From Eledone cirrhosa (lineage: Eukaryota), in contig OZ024741.1 in NCBI GenBank assembly GCA_964016885.1, positions 299,894,001-299,958,000 on the forward strand: a stretch of 64,000 nt of DNA. The letters run 5' to 3'. The position numbers were made by a program, and so were the translations under genes. This document shows, piece by piece, positions 45,385 through 59,077 of the stretch. Numbering within the stretch: position 1 is the first letter of the stretch; each line of letters starts with the position of its first letter. Below the pieces are notes generated by a model. That model was not told the DNA's origin and did not search any database. It saw only the letters and a list, made by a program, of their open reading frames with translations.

Positions 45385-46860
45385 TATATGAGCTGGAAAG
45401 CAAGTGTGATTTCATGTGTGGGCAACTGGTGAACATTTCCGTTTTTGTATTTAGGCAGGTTTTTGGTGATTTAAATTTTGTAAAATCCAATATTTTTCAC
45501 TTATGCAGAGTGTGCATCTTCTTGTTCCTCTTTCATATTCTTTAGATTGGTTCAAAATTGACCAATTCAATTTATATTGGATACTTTGGTCTTTCAAATC
45601 CCATATTCTGCTAGCCAGAGCTGTTGTGAATCTTTTTTCTGGATGTCGGAAAGATGCGACATGTGTGTAATAACGCGCTTTGAATTTGTCTTGTGTCATA
45701 CCCACATATCGCTCACTGGTGGCTGGTTGGTTGTTGCTAATGGTTGTCACTTTAGCCGCATATACAATGGCTTTGGTGTTGCATTTACCTTGTAATGGGC
45801 ATTCACTTTTGATTCTACAGGAGCAATTTTGATGTTCTCTAGGTGATTTCTTGTTGATGATATAAGATTTAATAGGGGGACCGCGGGAGTAGCTAGTTTT
45901 GACACAGTTTCTATTGAAGATCTTATAGTATCTATGTGTTCTAGGGAAATGTTTATCTAAGAGCTCTAGGAATGTTTTGCCTACATTAGTTTTAACTGCT
46001 AGAGAGTAGGGGGGTGTGAACCAGATTATTTTTCTTTTCCTATTATTATGTTTAACAGAGTTAGTATGGTGTGTATGTACTTAATCGGTTCGCTAAAACC
46101 GCTATTTTGAAGGGCGTTATTATAGTAGGGGGATGCCTTATTGAAAATAGCTTCTGAAGAAGAGAGGGTGGTGATCCTACAACTAATATTAGGGATAAGG
46201 TTTTTAAAAACTATAGGAAGATGGCAAGAGCCTTTATTTATGTATTTTAAATTTTGATTAGGTTTATGGTATGGTTTATAAGAAGCAGTAGGCAAATCTA
46301 AGTTTATATCTAAAAAGTTAACATTGGAAAGGTTAGTGTCAATATTAATTTTAAGATTAAAACTAGCAAAGGTTTTTATTAAGTCTTTCCTTAATCTATC
46401 TAAGTTATGGCCTATGGTGGTATGGGAAAGTATTAGACCATCGTCGCGATAAAGTCCAAAAATATGGTTAGGGAATTTTTCTTCAAGTGTGTGTAAGAGG
46501 AATAGGCCGACTAAATCACAAACATCAGCACTGTCAAAAGAGCCCATTGAGACATCGAATGGGCTCTCTGGGTTAGATATTTTTACCCAAGTGTCATTAT
46601 CAGTAAAGAGTAGTGTTTCTAGCATGCAAGATGACATTCTCTTCAATATCAGAGATATTGGTAAACTTTCTAGCGAAATTTAAAGCTTTCGCTAAAAGAG
46701 TCTGAGTGATGGACGGGTAGAAATTTACAATGTCAAATTGGGTGAATCTAGAACTATTTTTATCTTTAATTTTATTAAACCAATGGACTACGGGAGAGCT
46801 ATTTATCCATTGGAGTAATTTAGACTTACTTCTAATGTGTGTATTTATATTATTTAACAT
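45385..46860 (-). pseudogene. PLE reverse transcriptase + GIY-YIG endonuclease (frameshifted)
   Basis: QFDIVNFYPSI, MGSFDSADVCDLVG, LYRDDGL, VNFLDINLDL, WFTPPY, IVYAAKV..RYVGMT..FKARYYTH, CTLCISEK. Confidence 0.9.
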
Positions 46861-47366
46861 TTTTTTGCTGATAAAACCTGCCTAAATCAAAAACGGAAAT
46901 GTTCACCAGTTGCCCACACATGAAATCACACTTGCTTTCCAGCTCATATAAACTTAATTCACTTTAAGAATCTTATCCTCTATAATCTCTTATTCTTCAC
47001 TTTCCTTAAATTATTCTCTTTACAGACTTCTTTTTCTGATTTATTTTCATTTTTAACTTTATTTTTAATTTTATTTTTTTACTTCACATCCACCAGTAAG
47101 CCCCCCCCCCCCTACTATTCGATTCACTTACCAATAACTTCGCATTCCACATGTTACTCCCCCATTTTCTTTCACTACCTGTATTCGTATGTCACCTGCG
47201 TTTTCCACTCCAGATATATTCTGTTGTTTCGCAGCAGTTTTTATATTAGTACACATTTATTCATAAGGCTGCTTTATACTCTGTATCTATATGTCGGAGT
47301 GTTTTTATGTGTGTATACGTACTGTATATGTATACGAGCGCCTCTGTATGTGTGCGTGCGTGCGTG

Positions 47367-47408
<42 letters not shown>

Positions 47409-48431
47409 TATATGTATGTTTTTACATCTATGTTTTTTACATTCTTATTTTTACGTGCGTGCGTAAGCGGGTGAATGTACGTGAATGTATGTGTATGTGT
47501 GTATGTGTGTATGTGTGTATGCGTACGTATGAGTGTGTATGTGTGTGTGTGTATATTATAGTCGCGTACGTACGTGTGATTAGATATACATGGCGCGATA
47601 TATATGTATATATATATACGTGCCTCGTGTGTATGTACGCATACATGCGCTTTTGTCTGTACGTATTTGTGTGTATAAATATTTTTAAAGATATATGTTA
47701 TTTATAGATATATGTGTATGTACGTGCGTCCCTATGTTTGTTTTCTTTTCTCTAGTGTTAAATGATTACTTTCTCTTTCATTTAAACATTTTCTTCATTC
47801 TCATATATTGTTTCATTTTTATACATATATCGAGAATGACACTTCTTTTCACTAAGTGACCGCGCGTGTGTGTGTGTTTATACGCGTGCTTTCATACACG
47901 TATGTGTATTTAATACCTGTACCTAGATGCGTGTCAACTATATCATCATCTTCTCTTTCAACTCATATTATATCCGTATTTGTGGTCACATATACACACA
48001 TATACTTGCCCTCATATATGTACTTACGCACACATTTTCACCATACACATGCATTTGTACATACACACATATGTACATTTGTGAGTGTATATACATACAT
48101 ATATACATACCTAACTATATTTCCTTATATTTTTTGTATATTTTTGTATATTTTTTAATATATCTCTTGCATTACTTTTATTTATATATTTTTTGCATTC
48201 CTTGATGAGACTTTCCAAATATTTCACTATGTTTTATATTACCTTGCCCGACGAACGAATGGGGACGTTTTTTTCATATTCGTCTTATTCGGGAAACCTC
48301 TGGTAATGAGGTAATTATATTGTATTGTTTATTATACATAAAATTTTGCTCTGGTACTTATATAGATTACTATTCACTCCTATGACTTTTTCAATTTTCA
48401 ACGGAAACTTCAATACTTATATATATATATA

Positions 48432-48890
48432 TATTAGTTAAAGGAAAAGAAAATGCTGACAAATTTTCCCCAGTGAAAAATAGTTTAATTAGGAATAAGT
48501 ATAAATTAGTAATAATTATTGGTTAGTATTCAGTTTTAGTTTTAAGTTTTTACCGGTTGCGCATTTTTAATGCTTTTCAAAAATAATTTTGAGATAGAGC
48601 GCTCGTGATGTTTGCTCTAATCTGATCAGTTTTGGAAATCCTTCCTGTTTTATGTGATAAAAGTGGCTCCAGAGGTATTAAGATTTGGTTGGTTGTTGAA
48701 TGTCACGTGAATGAGTACTATAAATGTCTCGCCAATTCGTGTTGCAAAAATTCTTGTAGTCAAAACAATTTTGATTGGTCGGTAGAGGTCAGGTGAATGT
48801 TAAAAATTGATTTTGCGCCAAATGTAGGTTTGTCGAAGAGTGTCCTTTTTTGCCTGATTGAGAAGTCACTGAAAAATAAATCTTTTAAGA
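48432..48890. repeat. Unfolded copy of the repeat that forms the 20742-21096 fold-back
   Basis: Direct match of 48432-48623 to 20743-20926; continues past the fold point. Confidence 0.8.
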
Positions 48891-49072
48891 CAAATATGTG
48901 TGTGTTGGTCAGTAGGGATGTGTGTGTGAATTGCAGTCATGTTGAAAGTTCAACAGTTCAGGTGTCTATTAAGACAAATATGTGTGTGTGTGTGTGTGTA
49001 TATGTCTGTTTGTATGTTAGTGTACGCGTGTGTATGTGTGTGTGTATATGTGTGTGTATGTGCATACATGTG

Positions 49073-49099
<27 letters not shown>

Positions 49100-49108
<9 letters not shown>

Positions 49109-49682
49109 GATGGACCAGTATTTTTGTGACACTGGTAAAAATGGTGTACATTATTCGATATTTTCAGTAATTTGGAAAAACGATTCTCTCAAAAGAACAT
49201 CAAAAACATTAATAATAGAAGGGGTGAATGATGTATAGTATTGTCATAACACCAAGGTGTGTGTGAGTGTCCAGATTGTACGTACTGCAAGGGGAATCCA
49301 TTAGGCGCTGCCGTATGGGAATACTTGTGTACAAATATGTATGTGCCAATCAGTGTGCAATGCATGTGTGCGTATATGTATGTGTGTGTGTCGGCACCTT
49401 TATATCTATATAAATCAAAAGGTGTGCAAATGTGTGTATATATGTGTTACACCATAGAACATGTGTGTTTAGGTATGTCATTGTGTTTATATGTGGATAG
49501 AAATGTATGTAGGATGTATGCTGATGTAGGTATGTATGTTGACGTGTGTATGTTGTGGGTTCGTCTTACGGAGAAGTGTTGAGACGGGGTCCGTATTTGT
49601 TAATAAAGTGAGATTCCTTGCTGATGCGCTGGGTGTGGGTGGCATTATCTTTAAATTTGTAGAGGGGAAAGATTCTAAAGTT

Positions 49683-49686
<4 letters not shown>
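49100..49686 (-). mobile_element. PLE 3' end (GIY-YIG C-terminus + terminal repeat)
   Basis: Manual translation 49686-49574: PNFRIFPLYKFKDNATHTQRISKESHFINKYGPRLNTSP*, fitting the R..KE..FI....P.LN ending. Confidence 0.65.
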
Positions 49687-49761
<75 letters not shown>

Positions 49762-50414
49762 ATATATACATATAAACTGTATTAGCATTAGCAGAAAATT
49801 AGTGACGGAAATATATAAATGTATATTTAAGCGATCGCTAACCGGAACTGTTGACATTGGAAAATTTTGAAGAAGTGAATCTTAAAATAAGCAACAATAT
49901 TATTAATATTTGATCAAGAATAACGAAATTTAGTAAATAAATTATGTAATATTCATTTAATATGTATTCAAAGTAATCCAACTTATTTTATAAACGGGAT
50001 AAAAAAATATATTCTGGACGCAGTCCCGCATTCCTTACTTGATTATAGTTTACATACATACACACATCTATATACGTACATACACGTGCATACGCGAAAG
50101 CACAGGCCGTGCATGCATTTACATGCACGTACACATAAACACGCGAACAATACCTAAACCGGCGCGACACATAAACCCGCACATATACGAACGTATACAG
50201 CAAATACACATATATATGTGTGTGTGTGTGTGCATACATATAATTATATATACATATATATATACGCATAAGTGCGTATATAACGCACACACACATACCT
50301 ACATATGTTCAACAAACGTACACATATCAAATTCATATGTACATATATACACACCATACATATATATATATATAAATATCAAATAAAACGACAGACTCAA
50401 ATAAACAAACATAA

Positions 50415-50596
50415 TTGTTTCTACTTTTGGCACAAGCCCACTAATTACCTATCCAATACATTACTGGTACTTTATTTTATCGACCCCGTAAGGATGAAAA
50501 GCAAAGTTAACCTCGACGGGATTTCAACTCAGACCGTAAGGGGACGTAACTATGCTGGAAAGCATGGACTCCGACCCTCCACCGATACTACCAATT
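50415..50596 (-). mobile_element. tRNA-derived SINE
   Basis: Reverse complement of the 538-722 unit. Confidence 0.8.
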
Positions 50597-50699
50597 TACA
50601 TACACATACACGCATACCCTTACATCCACACACACACGCATACACCCCCACACATATGTATATATATATATATACATATATATATACATATTGTTTTAA

Positions 50700-50751
<52 letters not shown>

Positions 50752-50759
50752 TTAAAACA

Positions 50760-50852
<93 letters not shown>

Positions 50853-50865
50853 CATATTGTTTTAA

Positions 50866-50920
<55 letters not shown>

Positions 50921-50960
50921 GATATTAAATAAATGGAAACTATATTTATAAAACCATATT

Positions 50961-51026
50961 TATTTCATTATATATATTTCAGGGATATCATATTAAAAAT
51001 ATGGTATGCCTTCATCAGACAAAATA
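50961..51026 (-). ncRNA. Minimal type I hammerhead ribozyme (same repeat family as 21320 and 54182)
   Basis: UAUUUUGU-CUGAUGA-AGG..CAUAUU/AAUAUG..CCU-GAA-AUAUAUAU-A-AUGAAAUA, inside a solo repeat copy at 50921-51090. Confidence 0.8.
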
Positions 51027-51299
51027 CAATATAAACAGTCTTATAAATAGATAGATTTGACATACCTTACACTTCAACTTCCATTTAAAATGTTGATTTG
51101 GTAGTATATATATATATATAAGTATGTATACGTACATACACATGTGTGTACAGACACACAGTACTATGTATATATATACATACATGATCACATATATATG
51201 TGTACGTATGGGTTTACCGAACATTTATATAATGTTCGGTTTGTTTGTAAACAAACAGCCCGCATTACGCCGTACAGTGCTCGGCAACCATCGTCGCCC

Positions 51300-51491
51300 T
51301 TTTGTTCAACACTGACACGGGAACGATGTACTAGTTTCAAGCTTATTAGCTATCGTCAGCACCGTATACCTTTCTGAGAGATGATTGAACGACGTCTGAA
51401 AGTATATACTTTCCTTATGCATATTAAGGGCTGAGCAGCCTAATTTGCATATCGAGTGAATTAGTCGACCGGGCATACCGAAAACGATAAA

Positions 51492-51569
<78 letters not shown>

Positions 51570-52800
51570 CATATCAATATATATATATATATATATACAA
51601 TATACACATAAATATACACAAATGTATATATACACACATACACATATACACACATATACGCATACAAATTGTACATGCACAAACGCGAAATGCATATATA
51701 CACACATACCAGTATATATAATATATACACCTATAACGTATACAAGCATACGTACGAGAAAGTATACGTACCTCCACAAACATACGGATAAGGTATATTT
51801 ACCTATGCAAAAATGTAATGGCATAAACATAAAATATACTTAGCAACTACACCAAGACGTAAATTGTCCGCGTATGTTTCATGCTATACGTTAGGGTATA
51901 ATGTGGGGCTGTAATACAGGAAAGATTTATGCAGTTTGTGTTTACAAGCTGAAATTGCCTCCGATTTTTTGTTTAAGATGTGATCATTGGCGTATTTCCA
52001 GGTCTTCAGCGACGCACAGATCGCATGGTCTTTAATTCCGTTGTATGATCTAGCCCTATCTATGATCTCCCAGTGTAACCTATAATGTGTGTAGTTGTCT
52101 TATAGACTTATATAAACTGAAAATAAAAATCATGTTACTTCTTAAAGGGTTAAGAAAAGGATGGATGTGCATGTACAGACGCTGCTTAAATCTATTAGCA
52201 GTTAACTCTATGTATGCCCTACTGGACGTGCGTGTGTCGACCTTCCATTTGTAGAAAATGTTACGGGTGAGGCATTTCCCGGATAGAGGGAAGTCAACCC
52301 GATTCCTACAATTACAGTTAGTATTAGCTACAGAGATTCACGTGTTACTACGGCTAGGTAATTTAGTTAAATTTGAAGCAGTGATGTTATGTGCAAAGTT
52401 AGGAATCGTGGCGTAAGATATTTTAACGGTATTTCTATTAAAAATTCTATTATATTTATGTGCTAAGGGGAAATGCTCCTTAATAAGGGAGAGAAAGATT
52501 TTAGCTAATGGTGTGGCCTCCTCCATATTATATGGTGGCTTAAACCATATAATGCGTCGGGATCAATTTTTCCTAGGTTTATGTTCATACTTAGTATATG
52601 CTACCTTGTCGACAAATCTACTCCGAGCAAGAGCTTCGTTGTGATATGTGGAATGGCCGGTGAAAATAAGATTATGCTGCAGGATGTTTAGAATGCTTAC
52701 TGATGTAATTAAGCGTATCATTCGGCTTTCTATACGGTTAGTGCAAGCCAGCGATTCTTTGCTTAAATTTCTATATGTTATCTTAATAAATATTTGCTAT
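51300..52800 (-). mobile_element. Degraded PLE (thumb + GIY-YIG + terminal repeat with hammerhead)
   Basis: WFKPPY..KIFLSLIKEHFP..IFNRNTVKISY; CNCRNR..GKCLT..NRFKQRLYMH..WEIIDRA; same type as 45385-46860. Confidence 0.75.
51323..51365 (-). ncRNA. 43-nt minimal hammerhead ribozyme
   Basis: ACGGUG-CUGACGA-UAGCU(AAUA)AGCUU-GAA-ACUAGU-A-CAUCGU; palindromic stem III ACUAGU, GUA site. Confidence 0.8.
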
Positions 52801-53395
52801 AGAATTCTTATATATTTGATATATATATATCCTTATCGAGCCCTCTTTGGATTTTAGTCTTCACATTTATTATTACTATTATTACATATACATATATATA
52901 TAGAGAGAGAGACAGTCGATCGACTTTCGACAAATGTTTCCATTGGTCTTTCCAATTGCTTATACTATCTATCGGTCGCAACTCCAGTCAGAAGGAGCAA
53001 CGTAAAATAAAGTGACTTGATGGAGGACATGACGCATTCTGGTAATCTACCTCACAACCTCTTGGTTGCGAATCCAATTCTCTCTCTCTATATATATATG
53101 AATGTATGTATAGTATATTGGGCAATATACTGTATGTTTAATTAAAAGCATTTAGAAGACCTTCCGGTATGAGTTTTAAAGTAGTGACTATGTCACTTAC
53201 TTAATCTCGGCAAATAATAACTGTGAGTGATCGACAAAAAGCTTGTTTCTCGCTTGTGGGCGTTTGTCAAGACCAAACACTCCGCTGCCTTTGCCGACAA
53301 ATATAGAGGCTGGATTCTTATAGAATTCCAGTGATAAACAGGAGCTGATTATACAGAGTGATTGCCGGTCCAGCAAAAATTAGTTATTAATATAG

Positions 53396-53446
53396 ATGGT
53401 CTGAAATAGCGATCGATATATACATGAATGTATGTATAGTCTATTT

Positions 53447-53488
<42 letters not shown>

Positions 53489-53539
53489 AAATATACTATA
53501 CATACATTCATGTATACATCGATCGCTATTTCAGACCAT
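53396..53539. repeat. Inverted duplication (~55 bp arms) around (TA)n
   Basis: atggtctgaaatagcgatcgat...atttggta vs taccaaat...atcgatcgctatttcagaccat. Confidence 0.9.
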
Positions 53540-53795
53540 GTTGCTACCAAGATGAAAACTACTATGAAATCCCACAATGAATTCTATACTTGAATTTTCA
53601 AATCTGAAATTTTAACTCTTCTTATTATTAATTTTTCTTAATATTAATCAACATTTGAAAAGATGGCTTTTGCAGACCCATCGAAACCGGTCATTTTTTA
53701 TACACTTTATTATTTCCTTACCTTATAAAATTATATGTTTTTTCACAAAAAAGTATCTGTCTCTTATATATTCCATGTGCCATTACCAACCTCAA

Positions 53796-53884
<89 letters not shown>

Positions 53885-54008
53885 AAATATACTATAATGA
53901 AGTGGTATATATATAAGTAGAAGTGGTATTTAATTTGTTGGAAGTCCGACAAACATAAATGTTTATAACTGATTTAGAGCACTCAAAATGTTACTGGAGT
54001 AAATATTC

Positions 54009-54289
54009 AATGATATTAAGTAAATGGAAACTATATTTTAAAAACCATAAAATACAAAGTTTGTTTTATAAAGAGAGACATACCCATGAAAATCATACCT
54101 TATCGGTTGGATATCCACTGTATTTCCAACCGATAAGGTATGATTTTCATGGGTATGTCTCTATTTATAAAACAAACTTTGTATTTTATCTGATGAAAGC
54201 GTACCAATGTTGTCTTGGTTGCCCTTGAAATATATATAATAAAATAAATATGGTTTTATAAATATAGTTTCCATTTATTTAATATCATT
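54009..54289. repeat. Fold-back of the hammerhead-bearing repeat family (13-nt loop)
   Basis: Inner arms 54047-54111 / 54125-54189; outer arms 54009-54049 / 54249-54289; left flank 53955-54010 matches 21225-21280. Confidence 0.9.
54182..54246 (+). ncRNA. Minimal type I hammerhead ribozyme
   Basis: UAUUUUAU-CUGAUGA-AAG..ACCAA/UUGGU..CUU-GAA-AUAUAUAU-A-AUAAAAUA. Confidence 0.8.
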
Positions 54290-54309
54290 ATATGTATATA
54301 TATATATAT

Positions 54310-54733
<424 letters not shown>

Positions 54734-55137
54734 CGGAAAGACCAATATATATATATATATAAAGAATTAGTATATCTACCAACATATATATACAGATACA
54801 TACCTATGCTAGCAAATATATAGGTTTTGTCTTAGTAACGATGTCACGTGATTGATTCTTTTGAATTTGCCACCGACCAAGTAGGCAGTGATTTTTTCAA
54901 TGTATTGGAATATAGTCCTCCCTTGCTTTTTTCCATCCACTGAATTATTTTTGTATAAGTTCCCTGTGTCCACGCAACGCCTGGGAACTTAGCTGAGAAT
55001 TGACCACCCGATGACGAAAGGCATTCTCCATGGTGTTCCATTCGGAAACCATGTTTATTCCCTTTCAGAAACTAGTTAGTTGGAGTGAAATTTTAGTAAG
55101 TAAGTTAATTTTTATAATTTTCTTATTTTACGTCTTT

Positions 55138-55194
<57 letters not shown>

Positions 55195-55725
55195 CGTTTC
55201 TGAATTTGTTTGGCAAGATTCTTTATCTGAAATCGTGTGTTGAAACCGATATTGTTATATATTGTATATATATATACAAATGGAAGTTTAATGAAATCGA
55301 AGTTTTGGCTGTGGCCAAGCTAACGATATACAATCAGGAATGTGCAGCAACGCACTGGATAAGGTGATGTCACTTTACAGCAATAACATACGTTAGAAAG
55401 TTTGACAAATAGAAGACTGCGACCGGTAACCCAGCCACATGAATATATATATTATAATAGAATATAAAAGAATAACGAATACAGACATATACTTATATGT
55501 GTTCAAATCGTAAGGGACCAGATTCGCTAAGGTGAAAAGAATACTAACTTTAGACAACTGGGTTTGCTTGTCTCACAAACTTACAGCACTACAAATAACA
55601 GCCAGGTTTATTCGACAATAGCTATTTTGTTGTATGAGGCTATTTTGAGTTCCTAACTAAATATATACCTTTGATATATACATATATATACATACATATA
55701 TATACATATATATAGATATAGATAT

Positions 55726-57016
55726 ATATCTGTGTGTGTCATCAAATGTTGTACACACATAGATATCTTTTCAATTTCCAATTGAGTTCTTAGCACATGG
55801 CCTGAATTCCTTTCAGAATTCATTGTCATGCGCATGTATTGTTTTTTTGGCGGTAATTTACTTCCTCATATTTTGAATCAGTTTGAACACTTCTTTAAAA
55901 CTGCTGGACTGGCAACCTGACAGATACCTCAGAGTCAGAGGATGATGATTATCGTTAAATACTGATGTTGGTTAGATTATCAATATTAGTATTATTGGGG
56001 CACCCACTGATGAATTATAGGAGCCCACTTGAATATATATCTGTTGATGGTATACAAGCTCCTACATAAATTGGTATAATTTCACCCAAATTGTAGGAAT
56101 CCTATAATGAAACGAGACGTCCGTCTGAGAAGAGATATATTAGATATATCTCATATGAAATAATACAGCCAATTTTCCACGCAATACTTTTAGTTAGCAC
56201 CCCGAACGCATAATTGGGAATATAATCACTTATTTCCTAATATTTGTTGAGTGAGTTGGAATTTGGCCGGAGTATCGCTAAAAAGCTTTCTCCGATATTG
56301 TATTTATTTATTTACTCTTGGAGCAACAGATTCGAAAAAATTCCCAGTGTAAGGTTAGCATTTCTTTGTTTATTTTTTATATAGGAATATTGATTGTTCC
56401 TTATATTTCATTCTGTTATTTTGCCCGAGAAAATATCTGTGTGTCATCAAATGTTGTACACACATAGATATTTTTTCAATTTCCAATTGAGTTCTTAGCA
56501 CCTGGCCTGAATTCCTTTCAGAATTCATTGTCATGCGCATGTATTGTTTTTTTGGCGGTAATTTACTTCCTCATTTTTTGAATCAGTTTGAACACTTCTT
56601 TAAAACTGCTGGACTGGCAACCTGACAGATACCTCAGGCACAGAGGATGATGATTATCGTTAAATACTGATGTTGGTTAGATTATCAATATTAGTATTAT
56701 TGGGGCACCCACTGAAGAATTATAGGAGCCCACTTGAATATATATCTATTGATGGTATACAAGCTCCTACATAAATTGGTATAATTTCACCCAAATTGTA
56801 GGAATCCTATAATGAAACGAGACGTCCGTCTGAGAAGAGATATATTAGATATGTCTCATATGAAATAATACAGCCAATTTTCCACGCAATACTTTTAGTT
56901 AGCACCCCGAACGCATAATTAGGAATATAATCACTTATTTCCTAATGTTTGTTGAGTGAGTTGGAATTTGGCCGGAGTATCGCTAAAAAGCTTTCTCCGA
57001 TATTGTATTTATTTAT
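55726..57016 (+). repeat. Tandem duplication, period 705 bp (~1.8 units), each unit with a hammerhead-like motif (56001-56130, 56706-56835)
   Basis: atcaaatgttgtacacac at 55741 and 56446; CUGA(U/A)GA-AUUAUAGGA...UCCUAUAAU-GAA-ACGAGACGUCCGU-C. Confidence 0.9.
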
Positions 57017-57019
57017 ATA

Positions 57020-57362
57020 TATATGAAATATAGAAGAGTACATACACATAAACTAGACAGGGCCATAGATATATATATATATGTTTTTGGCAACCATTCA
57101 CGGTGTGGCTCAATGACGAATTAATTAATTAACAATCAGAGCAATATATAAGAAAGTAAGTCTATAGAATTATTTGATAAAATATATACTGTATGTCTTC
57201 TCCTAATCAGCATAATTTTTATACATTACTCTGTGTGTTGATTATTAATTAATTCATCATTAAGCCACACCGAGAATGGTTGCCAAAACATATATATACA
57301 TATATATATATATACCTATGGATCTATCTAGTTTATGTGTATGTAAACTTCTATATTTTATA
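57020..57362. repeat. Diverged inverted repeat (~130 bp arms)
   Basis: catacacataaactaga..ttggcaaccattcacggtgtggctcaatgacgaattaattaa vs ttaattaattcatcattaagccacaccgagaatggttgccaa..tctagtttatgtgtatg. Confidence 0.8.
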
Positions 57363-57930
57363 TGCTGCCGTGAGGTTGAGTAAAACGTTAGGCAGTATTC
57401 GTCTGCGCTTCCTAGCAACCAGCCTACTCGCCGTCAGGCACCAATCACAAGCTTTCTGACTTAACCACTGGCCATGTGACAATTCTTAGCCATTTTGAAT
57501 TCGTTTGTTGCAGGTATCATTTAAGAAAAATCTTTGTCCAATTGAGTTTGTCACTTGATGATTTCGAAACTCGTTTATTTATCCATGATAGGATATTTCC
57601 CAAAAGCGAATGAATACCCCGGGAGTAGAGATATGATTTTGGTATGTTTATGTACATTTTTTCTTCTAACTTTGATTTTGTACCTAATTATGTATGATTA
57701 CCTATATGTCTAGTCAACTTCTACAGGCTATCAGAAATACTAGGTGAATATGTTGTGGCTGTGGATAGCGGATAAAAAGCTATCATTTATTTATCTATTA
57801 TTTCTTCATAGGTATAAATTTATAGCCTCGTTTAAATGATTTTTTTATGTGGTTCATTATGCTGATTGGGAGAAGAAATACTGTATATATTTTATCAAAT
57901 GATTCTATCGACTTACTTTCTTATATATAT

Positions 57931-57987
<57 letters not shown>

Positions 57988-57991
57988 TATA

Positions 57992-58536
57992 TATGCACAA
58001 GGCCAGCAATTATTCCAGTGTATTACAGGTACTTTATTTTATCGACGCCGTAAGGATGAAAGGCAAAGTTAACATCGGCGGGATATGTACTCAGAATGGA
58101 AAGGGCCGTCATTCTATGTGTCAAATCATGGCGTCCGACCCTCTACCGATACTGCCAATCCAGCTAAATATATATTATATTGAATCGAAGTCATCGGGCG
58201 AACCGGTGTATCTGCGATCGGTCTGTCACACACTTAATACTTGAATTAATCTTGCATCAATGAATAGCAAACAAAAATGAAAGCAGAGTGCACACGTGTA
58301 GGTAGAATATTTACTTATATTGTGTCCCACGGCTATCATATTTTAGTGCAGATATGTTGGTTTAAATAATTGAACCACTGATAAATTAGATTCGCATGTA
58401 TGTGCCAGCATGTAAGTTTGCCTATAAGACCTAGAGGACATAACCTTTTGGTAATTTGGGATTTTTCTAATAATTAAGCAAGCAGCACTCTTATACAACC
58501 ACGAGAAACATTTACCCCAGGTGGATAGAATATACA

Positions 58537-58582
<46 letters not shown>

Positions 58583-58919
58583 TATATAAGAAAGTGATTA
58601 TAATGATTATAATGATTAAGGCTCGATCTTCTTCTCTGAATTCTACCTTGAGCTGTTTTAAGAGACAAGGCGTATGTTTGATTTTGTATCATTCATGACA
58701 CCCTTTACTTTGAAAGTAATAATAATAATTATAATAATATTTGTTTCTATTTTAGGCACAAGGCCAGCAATCACCCAGTACATTACTGGTACTTTATTTT
58801 ATCGACCCCGTAAGGATGGAAGGCAAAGTTAACCTCGGCGGGATTTGAACTCAGATCGTAAAGGGACTTAACTCTATGCTTCAAAGCATGGTGTCCAACT
58901 CTCTACGGATACTGCCAAT
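57992..58919 (-). mobile_element. Two tRNA-derived SINE copies (57992-58160, 58742-58919)
   Basis: gcacaaggccagcaat..tactttattttatcgac..taaggatg..aggcaaagttaac..actcaga..gatactgccaat. Confidence 0.8.
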
Positions 58920-58923
58920 ACAC

Positions 58924-59077
<154 letters not shown>

